Shown: piece by piece, positions 30,435-40,409 of the stretch
Position numbering within the stretch: position 1 is the stretch's first letter
Layout: each line of letters begins with the position of its first letter
From: an uncultured Armatimonadetes bacterium
GTDB lineage: Bacteria; Armatimonadota; UBA5829
Reading direction: 5' to 3'
Length of the DNA: 64,000 nt
NCBI GenBank assembly: GCA_963711155.1
Contig: CAVQDB010000004.1
Span: 336,486-400,485 of the forward strand
Notes under the pieces: model-generated
Told to the model about the DNA's origin: nothing
Databases searched by the model: none
Seen by the model: the letters and a program-made list of their open reading frames with translations, nothing else
Made by a program: the position numbers and the translations under genes

Positions 30435-30576
30435 AGGGCACCATTGAGTGCGTGAGGGCCGACCATGGAGTCCTAGCCTCATCCATTCCGCATGTCCATG
30501 TCACGCGTGTGTTTGACAGAAGGCAGTTGCTGGCTGAAATTCTCTACCATTCAGCCTTGGATAACAGGGGGAGTAT

Positions 30577-31209
30577 GTGAGCGTTGATATCGCATCAAGA
30601 ATAGTGCAGCTTATCAAGCTTCCTTTCAGGCATCTGTGGATCATCGCTATCGCGTCCGGTGTGCTCCTGTTCTCGCCAGCGAGGATGCTACACAGATTGA
30701 GAATGGCTGAGTTCGTCGGCGCATATGGCACTTGGGTCGCTGTGGTGTTTCTGCTGTCTGCAGTATCGATTCTCGTGAACTCATTTCACTGGGCTTGGCA
30801 AGCCCGCGCCCGTAGTTCTAAGCGGGCTAGTTTCGAGTTCGGACGGCTGCCGGTCCCTCTCAGGAGGTTGTCGCATCAGGAGAAGGGTGTCCTGCGGGAG
30901 TTCTTCATACAGGGGCAAAATACTTTGCGGCTACCGATTGATAATCCGGCCGTCACGGGCCTTCTGCGAAACGGCATTTTGGTTCAGCTCGATAGCCTCT
31001 GTGAGGGTTCCCTCGCGGGGCTCCTGGCACCGGTGTCTATTGCTGATGGGCTCTCAGACTTATTGGTGGCCAGCCACATTGATCTTCCTTGTGAGCCCGT
31101 CTCCGATGCCGACAGGGACTATGTGCTGAACAATCGTCCGGACTTTCTGCCAGAGATCGAGCATCATAACGAGATCTTCCACACGTCGTGGCGCCGGTCG
31201 ACGTTCTAG
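30577..31209 (+). CDS. SieB-like superinfection-exclusion membrane protein (by resemblance)
   Basis: GTG start after GGGGGAG. There are two N-terminal TM helices (HLWIIAIASGVLLF, WVAVVFLLSAVSILV), then LSHQEKGVLREFFIQGQNTLRLPIDNPAVTGLLRNGILV, which matches my recollection of the SieB family (PF14163) core. Upstream, TTGACA (30513-30518) plus N16 plus TGAAAT forms a promoter-like pair. The region is low in GC. Confidence 0.45.
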   Translation: MSVDIASRIVQLIKLPFRHLWIIAIASGVLLFSPARMLHRLRMAEFVGAYGTWVAVVFLLSAVSILVNSFHWAWQARARSSKRASFEFGRLPVPLRRLSHQEKGVLREFFIQGQNTLRLPIDNPAVTGLLRNGILVQLDSLCEGSLAGLLAPVSIADGLSDLLVASHIDLPCEPVSDADRDYVLNNRPDFLPEIEHHNEIFHTSWRRSTF

Positions 31210-31294
31210 CTGATTCGATTAGAAGCCGCTTAGTCGTGGCAAACCACGTGAGCGGATCTGGTTACGCCCTATTTGCTAAGATGAGAGATCTGAC

Positions 31295-32451
31295 ATGCTT
31301 TTCTGTGCAAGCGAACGCAGAATGATAGTGTTACGTGTGCCAAATCCCAGAGCATACCGACGGGGTCGGCTGGCTCTCTTTGTCACACTGACCCTTCTGA
31401 CAGTCTTGATGTGTGTGCCTAATGTTGAGGCAAGAAATCTGGGTTCGCACGTGGTAACCGACGTTATTGATGGAATGACACTATGCGTTCAGGCCTCGGC
31501 CAAGTCAGACTCATTGGTGTGAGGTCCCCTGCTCAGAGCGACGATATCAGAATGCCAGAGTCTGTGCTCAACAGAGCAGGATCGGTCTTGCAGGTACTGG
31601 CAGTGAAAAGAACTGTAATCGTTGAGACTGACATTCGAGAGAGAGACAACGAAGGGTGTCTACTGGCATACGTATGGCTCGATGATGGTTCATTGCTCAA
31701 TGCTGTCGTGATTAGATCAGGTTATGCGATTGCGATCCCGTGTCCACCCAACATCAAGTATGGATCCAAGCTGCAGAGAATGCAGATTGATGCCATAGAC
31801 CACGGGAGGGGAATATGGGAAGAACCACCGGCTTTGCTGTCCAATCGACCGTTCTGGCCCGTCTTGCCTAAGTCGTGGATGGTGACTATTCCGCTGCTTG
31901 CCGTATCACTGTTGTTGCTGATCAGGACCTATGAACTGATTGGCACGTTGTTGTGGCTTGCATGCAAGAGCAAGACATGCAAAGTGGACTATGACGGGTA
32001 CATCAGAGATTTGCGACTCCAGATGCAGATAGCAAACCAGCCTGTCACTACAAGTGGCGTGCCTACATTTCGTGAGGGGCTGAGAGAAGTTCAGAGGTGG
32101 GCAGGTCGCAGGATTCAGGAACTTGATGCGCGTTACCGTCGACCTGAATCTCGAGTAATGAGATTTGTGAAGAGGACCTGTGGGCAAGCTGGCGCCAATA
32201 TGGCGTATAGGTGGCTTAACTTGATGCTTCTCACAGCAATGCTTGCAGCACTTGTCTCGGACGATTCCGTGATGACGGCGTCGGTGGTGTTCCTGGCTAT
32301 GTTTGCATTTGCTACAGGCGGTCTAGTTCAGATCGCCCATCTGATCGCTTCCCGAATGGTACAGATTCGACCACGCTCGCGACAAAGCCAATGCAGCCAA
32401 TATGTCAGTGCAGATGGGGCTTCCTCCCGAGATGGGAGAAGCGACCGCTAG
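31295..32451 (+). CDS. Exported SNase-fold (thermonuclease-like) domain with degenerate catalytic residues, followed by a multi-TM region; 1 apparent frameshift near 31490
   Basis: Signal-peptide-like N-terminus (RRGRLALFVTLTLLTVLMCVPNVEA). SNase core: HVVTDVIDGMTLCVQ / GLGQVRLIGVRSPAQ...NEGCLLAYVWLDDGSLLNAVVIRSGYAIA...GRGIWE. Compared with staphylococcal nuclease, IDGDT becomes IDGMT, VDTPE becomes VRSPA, and YGRGLAY becomes EGCLLAY. Hydrophobic helices then follow (WMVTIPLLAVSLLLL, LNLMLLTAMLAAL, VVFLAMFAFATGGL). Confidence 0.6.
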
Positions 32452-32773
32452 ACGAAAGGATGTGGTTAGTGAGTTCGTTACGGTGTTCCTCGTCACGTTT
32501 GGAGTCTTGGTTCTAGGCTATGGAGGCATATACGCCGGCCTTAGCAAGGTAGGCATAGGTGGAAGTGCATTTCACGGACTGGCAATCGACCAGAGTCCGT
32601 TTGCTCAGTTGTTGTACTTCAGTATCGTCACGATTGCCACTCTGGGATACGGTGACATCGCACCGTCAAGCTTCTTGGCTAGGCTAGCAGTGTCCTCAGA
32701 AGTCCTGTGCAGCTTCGCGCTAATAGTCTTGCTTGTCGCAGTAGTCTCGTTGACCTCACAAACGGACGAATAG
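32402..32773 (+). CDS. Miniature 2-TM potassium channel pore protein (may be the frameshifted C-terminus of the previous ORF)
   Basis: TM1 FVTVFLVTFGVLVLGYGGIY, pore helix plus selectivity filter LLYFSIVTIATLGYGDIAP (TxGYGD), TM2 LAVSSEVLCSFALIVLLVAVVSL. Confidence 0.75.
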   Translation: MSVQMGLPPEMGEATARRKDVVSEFVTVFLVTFGVLVLGYGGIYAGLSKVGIGGSAFHGLAIDQSPFAQLLYFSIVTIATLGYGDIAPSSFLARLAVSSEVLCSFALIVLLVAVVSLTSQTDE

Positions 32774-32858
32774 CGCATAGTGAATAGCTGTTGGGCACTC
32801 TGTGTTCTGGTCGATTCCAGAGTAGTCTCCGGCGAACTCCTCCCAGTTGTGCCTTGGC

Positions 32859-33209
32859 TCAAGACTGCATTGATATGAGAAGTGTCGCGATAACTTGATA
32901 TATGCATTCCTTTGCCGTCGCGAACTCCTCCGTCTCCACAATCTCTCCTCGCATCCCACGATACGGCGACATCGTCGCCTGGTGATACTCCAGGAAATCC
33001 TCCGGCAGCGATTTGATGTCGTTCTCCACCAGCCGGTTGATGACCCAGTCCGCGTCTTCCTGGAACTCCTCATTGCCAGGCAGGTATTCCATCACGATAT
33101 CCAGCCCCGGCCCAGGACCTTGCACCCAGACGCCGATGGGCTCGTAGTGCGGGTTCGTGTCCCGGTCACGAAGCGCATACTCGATCATGTATCGCAGCTT
33201 CATTGCCAC
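32859..33209 (-). CDS. Hypothetical protein (candidate immunity/accessory to the MuF polyvalent protein)
   Basis: Intact 116-aa acidic ORF (MAMKLRYMIEYALRDRDTNPHYEPIGVWVQGPGPGLDIVMEYLPGNEEFQED...). It overlaps the end of the upstream gene. Confidence 0.45.
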   Translation of the reverse strand: MAMKLRYMIEYALRDRDTNPHYEPIGVWVQGPGPGLDIVMEYLPGNEEFQEDADWVINRLVENDIKSLPEDFLEYHQATMSPYRGMRGEIVETEEFATAKECIYQVIATLLISMQS

Positions 33210-33677
33210 GCCTCCGCGATGCTCGCGTGCTCCTCAAGAAGCTGCGCGTCGATCTGCTCGAACATCGCCTTGTTCTCGGCTTTGTATGCCTGCCAGTCTT
33301 TCCAGTCGGCGCAGAGCGCGAGGTCCTGAGTCGGGAACAGCAGTTCCATGTGGTAGCGCCGGCCGAGGTCGTCTGTGAGGTCGAGAAGATATGTATCGTC
33401 CTGGCTCCAATCGACGACCTTGATAGTGTGGGCGTACTGCCAGCCGTTATTGTAGCCCGCCGACTTGAAGAGGAGCCAGAAATCAGTCTTGGTGACATTG
33501 CCCGCGGCATCGAAGTGCGGCGCGACGCGCGTGACAGTGTAGCTATCGATCAGCCCGAACTCAAGCGGTTCGTCAGTGCCTTCCCGCATCGTCCATCCAG
33601 GAGCCGTCCTCGTTGAATGGATCGAAGAGCGCCTGCAGCCTCGACTTTTCGCTCGCAATGAAATCCGCTATGCTCAT
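33200..33677 (-). CDS. Hypothetical protein (candidate immunity/accessory); 1 apparent frameshift near 33590
   Basis: MSIADFIASEKSRLQALFDPFNEDGSWMD / ...REGTDEPLEFGLIDSYTVTRVAPHFDAAGNVTKTDFWLLFKSAGYNNGWQYAHTIKVVDWSQDDTYLLDL.... Its ATG forms an ATGA overlap with the stop of the giant upstream gene. Confidence 0.45.
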
Positions 33678-36600
33678 CTGTCTATCACTATCTCCTCGAT
33701 TCTGCGCCCATCCGGCAATACTGATATGCCGTGTTTCCTGAACACCGCAAGGACCTTCTCTCGCTCGGTCTGACCCCGGACGACGATGCACTCCAGGTTG
33801 TCCAGCAGCGTGACGGAGTACTTGAGGATGGTCTCATTGCTGGAGTTGCGGGAGAATGCTCTTCCACGTCCCGGGTCGGCCCCACGGTTTTGAGAGACGA
33901 AGTCGTCCTTCACTTTGCCGTAGCAGTCGTGGTTATAGCTTATCGCGTCCATCCGTCGCAGAAGCTGCTTCTTGAAGTAGAGCCCGGGTTCACCCGAGGA
34001 TGCCGTGGGTAGCTTCTTGATGCGGGTGAAGACGTAGGTCGCCCCGCCGCTGTTCATGTCCTCCGCAGGGGACATGCCACCCGGCGTTATCCCAGCTCGA
34101 AGCTTCTCGACCGTGCTTATCATCGCTCCGTTGTCTCCAAGCGCCGTGTCAAGGAACGAGCTTACGCTTTCGCCGTTCGTGAGATGGTGATGCAGGCCGT
34201 AGCCTTTCATCTCGCGCTCCAGATCGGCGTCCGAGATGTCGAAGCGGTATTGCTGCCGATAGCCTCCCGCGATCTTGCTGTCCTTGAACCCCCGCTGATA
34301 CTCGCCTATTGGATCATAGCCAGGCAGTCTTCGTGATGTCAGTAACACCCAGCCGCTTCTCCCAGTACCGATCGCATCGCTTGAACCTGCTCGGCCTTGG
34401 AGGCGTTCCTGGCGTCGAGGTCGGAGATCATCTTCGTGTACTCCGGCTCACGGTCGGTCTTGGCGATATAGGCCGCCTTGCCAAGATACATCAGTTCAGA
34501 GTCCTCGGCAGTCGAAACTGTGGCATTCACTCCAAGCTCTGTCGATATGCTCAAGCGCCTTGTCGAGGGTCTTCGGGTCTGGACGATCTGGCAGAACAAG
34601 CTCGAACTCGCCCTGCTGCGCATAATGGTTCTTGTCCGACCACGGTCTATACACGGCGGTGATGCCGTCGCCAAAGTCGATTTCATACTGCTCACCGTCG
34701 CGCATCGACCGGCCCTTGAACAGCGCGGTGTTGTCCGCACCCTCTTTCTCGACCGCGAGTTCGCCCTTGCTGATCGTCCGCTTGGTCATCAACACCTTGG
34801 ACTTGCGGACGGTGAAGTCCAGTTCCTTAGCTTTGCTCTTGGGCGACGGGTATCTCTTCAGATACGCTTCGAAGACGCCGGATATCCGTTGGCGCTCCTG
34901 TGCCGCCTGCTGAACCTTTTCGATCCATCCGATGTAGTTCGCTGCCATCTCTCGCACGTCAGGATCATCGGACTTCGCGAGCTTGCGCAGCGCCTCCAGG
35001 TGCTTCGCAGCCTTGTCGATGTGTGGCCTGGTTGTAGCCTCCATCCTGAGCATGGTGGTTGATCGTCTTCACCGCCGCGAGGATATCGCCAGAGAAGCTG
35101 TCTTCCGACAAGGGCTGGCCGACCTTGGGGACGGTGGTCTGGCGGTCGGCTTTCCTGAGCTGCGGCAGGATCTTCGGCTCAGCCTCCGGCCGGATCTTCA
35201 TCTTGATCACCGTGCGCTGCTGCCCGTTGATGGTCTCGGTGAAGATGAGCGCATTCTGGTCCTCGATGTCGCTCTCATCGATTGGCAGAGTCTTTCCCTG
35301 CCAGCCCAGCCGCCGCACGTCTTCCAGCAGATCTTCCTCGGCCTTACCGATTCTGCCTTTGACCGGCGCCTCGACCACGTCCTCGAACCTGAACCCCGGC
35401 TTGCCTAGGACATCGGCGTAGAACCCCTCGAAGTCCGTGCGCAGGCTGTGCTTGCGCGCAAGCGCCAGTTCGTAGAAACGCCTTTCTCTTTGCCTCGCTG
35501 CTGCCGAACCTGCCCTCCGACATACGGCCGTATCAGCGCGAGGTAGTCATCGTCGGATATCCGCTCGACCTCGCGGATGTAGCGCAGCGTGACGGACGGA
35601 TCGACCGCCACCTTGCCCTGCTTCGCGGCGCGAAAGAGCGTGTTGTAGAACGGCTCACTCTCGCCGCAGACGCCGTTGGGATGGTAATCGATGGAGAGCT
35701 TGTCCTCTCCCAGGAACTTGAAGAGCTGGCCCTTGTCGATGCCGTAGACCTTGCCGTCCTTGGCGCGCAGGAACTGCTTGGAGTGCCCATCGTGGTTGGA
35801 GATGAGCCAGTCAATCACGTGCTCGCGCTGAACCTGCGCGATCTCGTCGCGCTGAGAGTTCGGTGACGTCGATAGCTGAGAAGTCGTGTTCCTTGGCGAG
35901 ACCGGTCTTCGCCACTTCTGGATCGAGCCCGTGCGGCCGTTGAGGCGGATCGTTCTGACTTCGATGGCATCCGGATCGATCAGCCTGCCAATCTTGTAGG
36001 CGGCCTCCTCGCCATGCGCGATGAACTCATCCGACGCTTTGCCGCGGCTTGAAGAGCCACTTGTCGCCGTTCTCGTCCAGCCAGAACTCCTTCTCGTGCG
36101 CGCCGCCGACATTGGCTTTGCCGTCATACTTGAACTTCTCAGGCTTGCCATGCTCTGCCCAGGCCGCATCGACGGCGTCGAACTCCGATCCCTTCTTCGC
36201 GAATGTGTTCGGGGACGCGGATGTGACTGGCTGTGAGAGTGGCTGTGGCTCTGTCGGCTTGGCTGTTGGGCTGGGCAGCTTTGCCCGGCGTCGCGAGATG
36301 CTTCTCGGCCCACTTGGCGTGCTTCGCCTCGATACTCGCCTGCGCCGCCGACACCTTCGTCGGATCAGTCTCCGTGAACAGGGTAGTCAGTTCGTCTTTC
36401 GATGCCCACTGCCAGTGCTTGACCTTGGTCTGCTTCGCAAGGTCCTTGAGCTCGCCCGACTTCATCGCCGCGACCTGCTGCTGGAACGTGTGCTTCTTGA
36501 GCGCGATCTCCTTGGCGTGTTCCTGGAGCACCGACGCCGGCAGCCCGGAGTCCTTTGCGAGTTCCGCTTCGGCAGCCTTTACTGAATCGAGGAACGATGA

Positions 36601-38260
36601 GTACTGCGTCGGGAGAGGACGGCATTACTATCTGCGATGTGGCGTCCTTGAGAGCTTGCTCGGCTTTCTTCAGCGCCTCTTGCTTCGCCGCATCGAGGGC
36701 CTGCTGCTTGGCTTGGTCAGCCATCTGCTGGCCGGCCGCTTTCTCCAGAGCCTTGGCGAGCTGCTCCTTGTTCTTGAGCGGAGGAATGCCGTACTTCTGC
36801 TTCGCGGCGATCAGGGTCTTGCCGGAGTAGTTGTAATGGTCTATGTGCGGCTCAAGACCGTCCAGCATCTCGATGACTTCAGACTTGGTGAGGTTCAGTG
36901 ACACGCCGTGCTGCTTGGCCATGTCCTTGAGCTGGACCATAGTCAAGCTGGAGAGGTCGGTCTGAGGGGCGGCGTTCTTCGCGGCCTCTTCCAGTGCCTT
37001 GGCCTGCTTGATCACCGCCTGCTTCTCGGCAAGGAGTAGGCCAGTTCGTCCTTGCTTCGCAGCGCTGCGATGTTGTACTGCTTGATCTTTGCCTGGAGCG
37101 CTTTGCCAGCCAGATCGCCGTGGTGGATTCCAGGTTCTGCCAGGTCGAGGAGCTTGATGAAGTCGGACTTCGTGCGGGCGACGGCTATGCCGTTCTGCTT
37201 CGCGAGTGTTTGAAGCTGCTTGACGGTGAGAGTGCCGAGGTCCGCGATCTGCCCGGACTCGAATGCGCCTTTGAGCTTCTTCTCTTCTTCGGCTTTCTGT
37301 TGTGCCTGTAGTTCAGTCGCCTGGGGAGGAAGGATACAGGCGCTCTGGCCAGGCGCAGCGGTCGCGCCGAGATCACCGCCACAAATGACCAGCGGCCATG
37401 CGACCACGCTGGTGCACCGGCAGTTGGGATGCGCGGGCTGGCTGGGGAAGCGGTCGGTGTCGAAGACCTTGCCATCGAAGCCGCCGCAGACCGGGCACAT
37501 CCGCTCGTCTTCCATCGCCACCCATTCGAGTTTCTGCACGCCGACCTGCTGGTGGAACTTGATGCGGCCCTGGTTGTGAGCGCGCAGGACCTCGGTGCGG
37601 GCGATCATCTCCATCCGGTACTGCGCCTTGGTGAACACCTTGCCGCCAGCGTTGCGGAACGACTCCTTGTCCTCGATCACCGTCCCGAGGTCGCGCACGA
37701 TGTCCTCGACACCCTTGCCCGTGGCGATACCAGACAGGATCGTGCGCTTGATGCCGGCCTCAAGCTCACGATGCACGTCGCCCGCGAGCACCAGGTTGTA
37801 GTTGGCCATGAAGTCGAGCGCGTCGGTGTCGATGAGCGTGAACGCCGATGGTCGTGAGCTTGTCGATCCCGTCCGGCGTGAGATCACGGTAGAACGGCAT
37901 CTGCGCAGTCGCGAACTCCTCGATCCCTCGATAGACACCCTTGCGGAAAGCCGCCCGCGAACTGCTGCGGAACATCAGGGTCTGGTCCTTGCGCAGTGTC
38001 CTCATCGCGTCCCGGATCTCGGCGTCGAGCTTCTCCAGGCCCTTCAGCGCCGCGAGCTTGTTGTCGGGAAGCGAACCGAGGCTCTTGTAGTTAAGCAGCG
38101 CCTTGTGAACCTGTTCCTGCGCGGACTTGAGGGACTGCGTGAGCTGATGCGCGACCTGCTCCGAATAGAGGTCGCGGGCAAGCAGGCTCTTCAGTGTGGC
38201 TTCGCGGATTGCCTGAGCCTGAGAGGTCGTGTCGGCGATGGCGCACATCGGTGCCTGCAT
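33674..38260 (-). CDS. Giant MuF-domain polyvalent virion protein (~1500 aa): MuF/SPP1-gp7 head-morphogenesis domain, HeH/SAP-like repeats, kinase-like domain and unknown C-terminal domains; at least 10 apparent frameshifts
   Basis: At least 9 consecutive track ORFs (37766..38260, 37012..37938, 36365..37015, 36139..36531, 35405..36313, 34965..35378, 34496..35053, 34339..34740, 33674..34348) each become sensible where the previous one degenerates. I found no convincing internal start or stop signal between them. The MuF signature is ...YRMEMIARTEVLRAHNQGRIKF...WVAMEDERMCPVCGGFDGKVF...PAHPNCRC. Confidence 0.65.
35430..36200 (-). other. Atypical kinase-like domain (PI3/4-kinase / HipA-like catalytic-loop pattern) inside the polyvalent protein
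   Basis: My own translation of the minus strand at 36041-36120 gives KANVGGAHEKEFWLDENGDKWLFKP. Downstream lie HVIDWLISNHDGHSKQFLRAKDGKVYGIDKGQLFKF (D-x-H-x-K-Q ... IDKG). This is a motif-level resemblance only. Confidence 0.35.
36370..37270 (-). repeat. Array of HeH/SAP/Rho-N-like helix-extension-helix repeats (coding)
   Basis: LTVKQLQTLAKQNGIAVARTKSDFIKLLD; LAGKALQAKIKQYNIAALRSKDELAYLL; LTMVQLKDMAKQHGVSLNLTKSEVIEMLDGL; GKTLIAAKQKYGIPPLKNKEQLAKAL; GELKDLAKQTKVKHWQWASKDELTTLF. Confidence 0.6.
37330..38260 (-). other. MuF / SPP1 gp7 head-morphogenesis domain of the polyvalent protein
   Basis: HPNCRC motif, ARTE...A.N.G motif, and position immediately after the portal gene. Confidence 0.8.
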
Positions 38261-38271
38261 TGCTTGCGCCC

Positions 38272-39856
38272 TCAGACTCTCTTGTGTTCAAAGAAGCGGC
38301 AGGCGGGGGAGTCGAACGTGGTCTCGGCCTGCGTGACGCCGCACTTGTTCTGCTCGTCACCGAAGAAGCCGCACGAGTCGCACATTTCGATCGCGTAGTG
38401 CAGCGCCGCCTGTGCTTGAGCCGGCTTGTTCTTTGCCGGATCGAGGCCGAGCATCTCCTGCGCGGCTTCGATGCCCATGATCCCGGCCACGACCATATCG
38501 ACAATCGGCTTGACCTGCTTCTCGTCCAGCAGGTCCACGGACTTGCCCTCGCTGCGCCGATGCGCTTCCTCCACATCCGGGTCGAGGTCCATCTTGAGCT
38601 GCAGGCTTGAGCGGCTTATGAGCTTGCGGTCGTATAGCTCGATCAGGAGCTTCTTGAAGTCCACCGCGTCCGTGGGATCGAGGTCGTTGAAGACGAACTG
38701 CACGCTCTTGTCCTGGTGCCCGGACATCTCCAGCCAGTCGGCGAATATCCAGTCGAGGATCGTCCGTCGCCGCGTGCTTTATCTCCCGGATCATGATGAG
38801 CATCTTCTGCATACTCACCGACGCCGTTGCGAAGTTTGGGCCGTCGCCGGCGACGAGTGAGCGCGAAAGACCCAGCGCGACGACGATGTCTTCCTTGACC
38901 TCCCGCACTTTCTCCTCGACGTTGAGGACCTGCCCCTCGGTGCCGTGGGTCTCGACCGTCACGTAGAACGGCACGACCAGGCCGCTCTTGAGGTCCATCT
39001 TGTTGACCATGTCGCGGACCTGTTCGAGCATCTTCTGGTCGGGCATCACCATCTTCTGCCCGTATGCCCCGCCGACTTTGAGGAGCCGGAACGGTGTCGC
39101 CCAGCGCTTCGCGATGGCCTTCTCCGCGCGGCGATAGTCCCGCAGAAGCTCGATGGACTCGAACGCCGGCAGGACCAGGGAGTTACCGCGAGGAGAGAAC
39201 GATGGGGCATCCCACTTGAGGTGCAGAGTCTGCTCGACCGGCAGCTTCAGACCGTCGCCTGTGGCCGGGCTGTCTTCGGGGAATTGCTGCACCTCGACGA
39301 GCTGGCCTTGGGCATACTTCACCTTGATCGAGACCGGGTTCACGCACGTGACTTCCTCGATGTCCTTGCCGTCCTTGGTGTATCGTTTGAACCCGACCGC
39401 GTCGCCCTTGACGAGCAGTTGGAGGATCATGTCCTTCACGAACTCGGAAACATCGAGCCGGTCGGCAAGATCGTTCGCCTCCTCCTTCACGGTGTCATCG
39501 TCGCTGGTGATCTTGATCTCGTCGCCCACCGCGAACGTGCGCCAGGAGTTGATGCAGTTCTTGACCAGCGGCTCCTCGACATAGTACTCCCAGGCTTTCT
39601 TCGCCCGGTCTTCCCAGGTCTTCGGGATCGCGCACTCGTCGGCATGGAGCTTCGCAAAGGTCGACGAGTCCAGCATAGCCGCAGTAGCCAGCGGCGCGAC
39701 GATGATGCCCTGCGCTTCGTTCGCGGCGGTGTCGACAACGCCAGCCGATCTGTTTGCAGTTCTCCTTGGACGGGGCTTTCGACTCTCGCTCTCCACGCTG
39801 ACCTCGATCCTTACGGGGTCGGAGCGCGCACGCGGCGATGTGGCCGCGAGATGCAC
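38272..39856 (-). CDS. Portal protein; 1 apparent frameshift near 38760; start uncertain (alternative ATG at 39676)
   Basis: ...WEDRAKKAWEYYVEEPLVKNCINSWRTFAVGDEIKI...LHLKWDAPSFSPRGNSLVLPAFESIELLRDYRRAEKAIAKRWATPFRLLKVGG...FATASVSMQKMLIMIREIKHAAT / ILDWIFADWLEMSGHQDKSVQFVFNDLD.... The gene order is terL, portal, MuF. The C-terminus carries a Cys cluster, CDSCGFFGDEQNKCGV...PACRFF. Confidence 0.8.
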
Positions 39857-39861
39857 GCTCT

Positions 39862-39897
39862 CACTGATTACTTACCGGGGCCGGCGACGAACTGTAG
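39862..39897 (-). promoter_or_regulatory. Copy C of the conserved promoter-like motif
   Basis: Minus strand reads CTACAGTT-N13-GGTAAGTAATCAGTG, upstream of the portal gene. Confidence 0.55.
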
Positions 39898-40099
39898 GCT
39901 CCGCCGTGTGCTACCTTTACGATGCCGGCAATACTGCCGGGTTTGCTGTTCGTTCACGCTGAGAGCACTGCGGCCACGTCATCATTCCCCGCTCAAAATA
40001 CTGGTATTTACCGAATCATATAAGTAGCACTCCACGTGGCACAAACATGATGGCAGGAGAATGCGGCAAGCGCCCTGACTAAGCGTGGAGGTGGCAAGC

Positions 40100-40336
40100 A
40101 TGAGACGGTTCAATACGATGTGGATTTACGCGGCAGGCGCGACGGCTTCAGCGTTCGTGTTCAGATTCACTGATTGCCCCGACTCGTTCTTCGCCTGCCT
40201 ATCGGTCGCGCTCGCCGTGGATGCCATCACCAGCATGCTGAGGATGTGCGACAGACTGCTCGACCCGCCCGTGGGCATCTTCGTCGCATTCGGCCTGCAC
40301 GGGAATAACTTCAACCATTTGCCGCACATGCCTTGA
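40100..40336 (+). CDS. Small hydrophobic protein, first gene of a 2-gene plus-strand cassette
   Basis: ATG follows GGAGGTGGCAAGC. MRRFNTMWIYAAGATASAFVFRFTDCPDSFFACLSVALAVDAITSMLRMCDRLLDPPVGIFVAFGLHG.... Confidence 0.4.
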   Translation: MRRFNTMWIYAAGATASAFVFRFTDCPDSFFACLSVALAVDAITSMLRMCDRLLDPPVGIFVAFGLHGNNFNHLPHMP

Positions 40337-40409
40337 CTTCACCTGCCGAACAGAGTTTGAATGCACCCCGCGCTTCGGCGCAGACTCGCGACAAAGGAGA
40401 AGATCAGCA

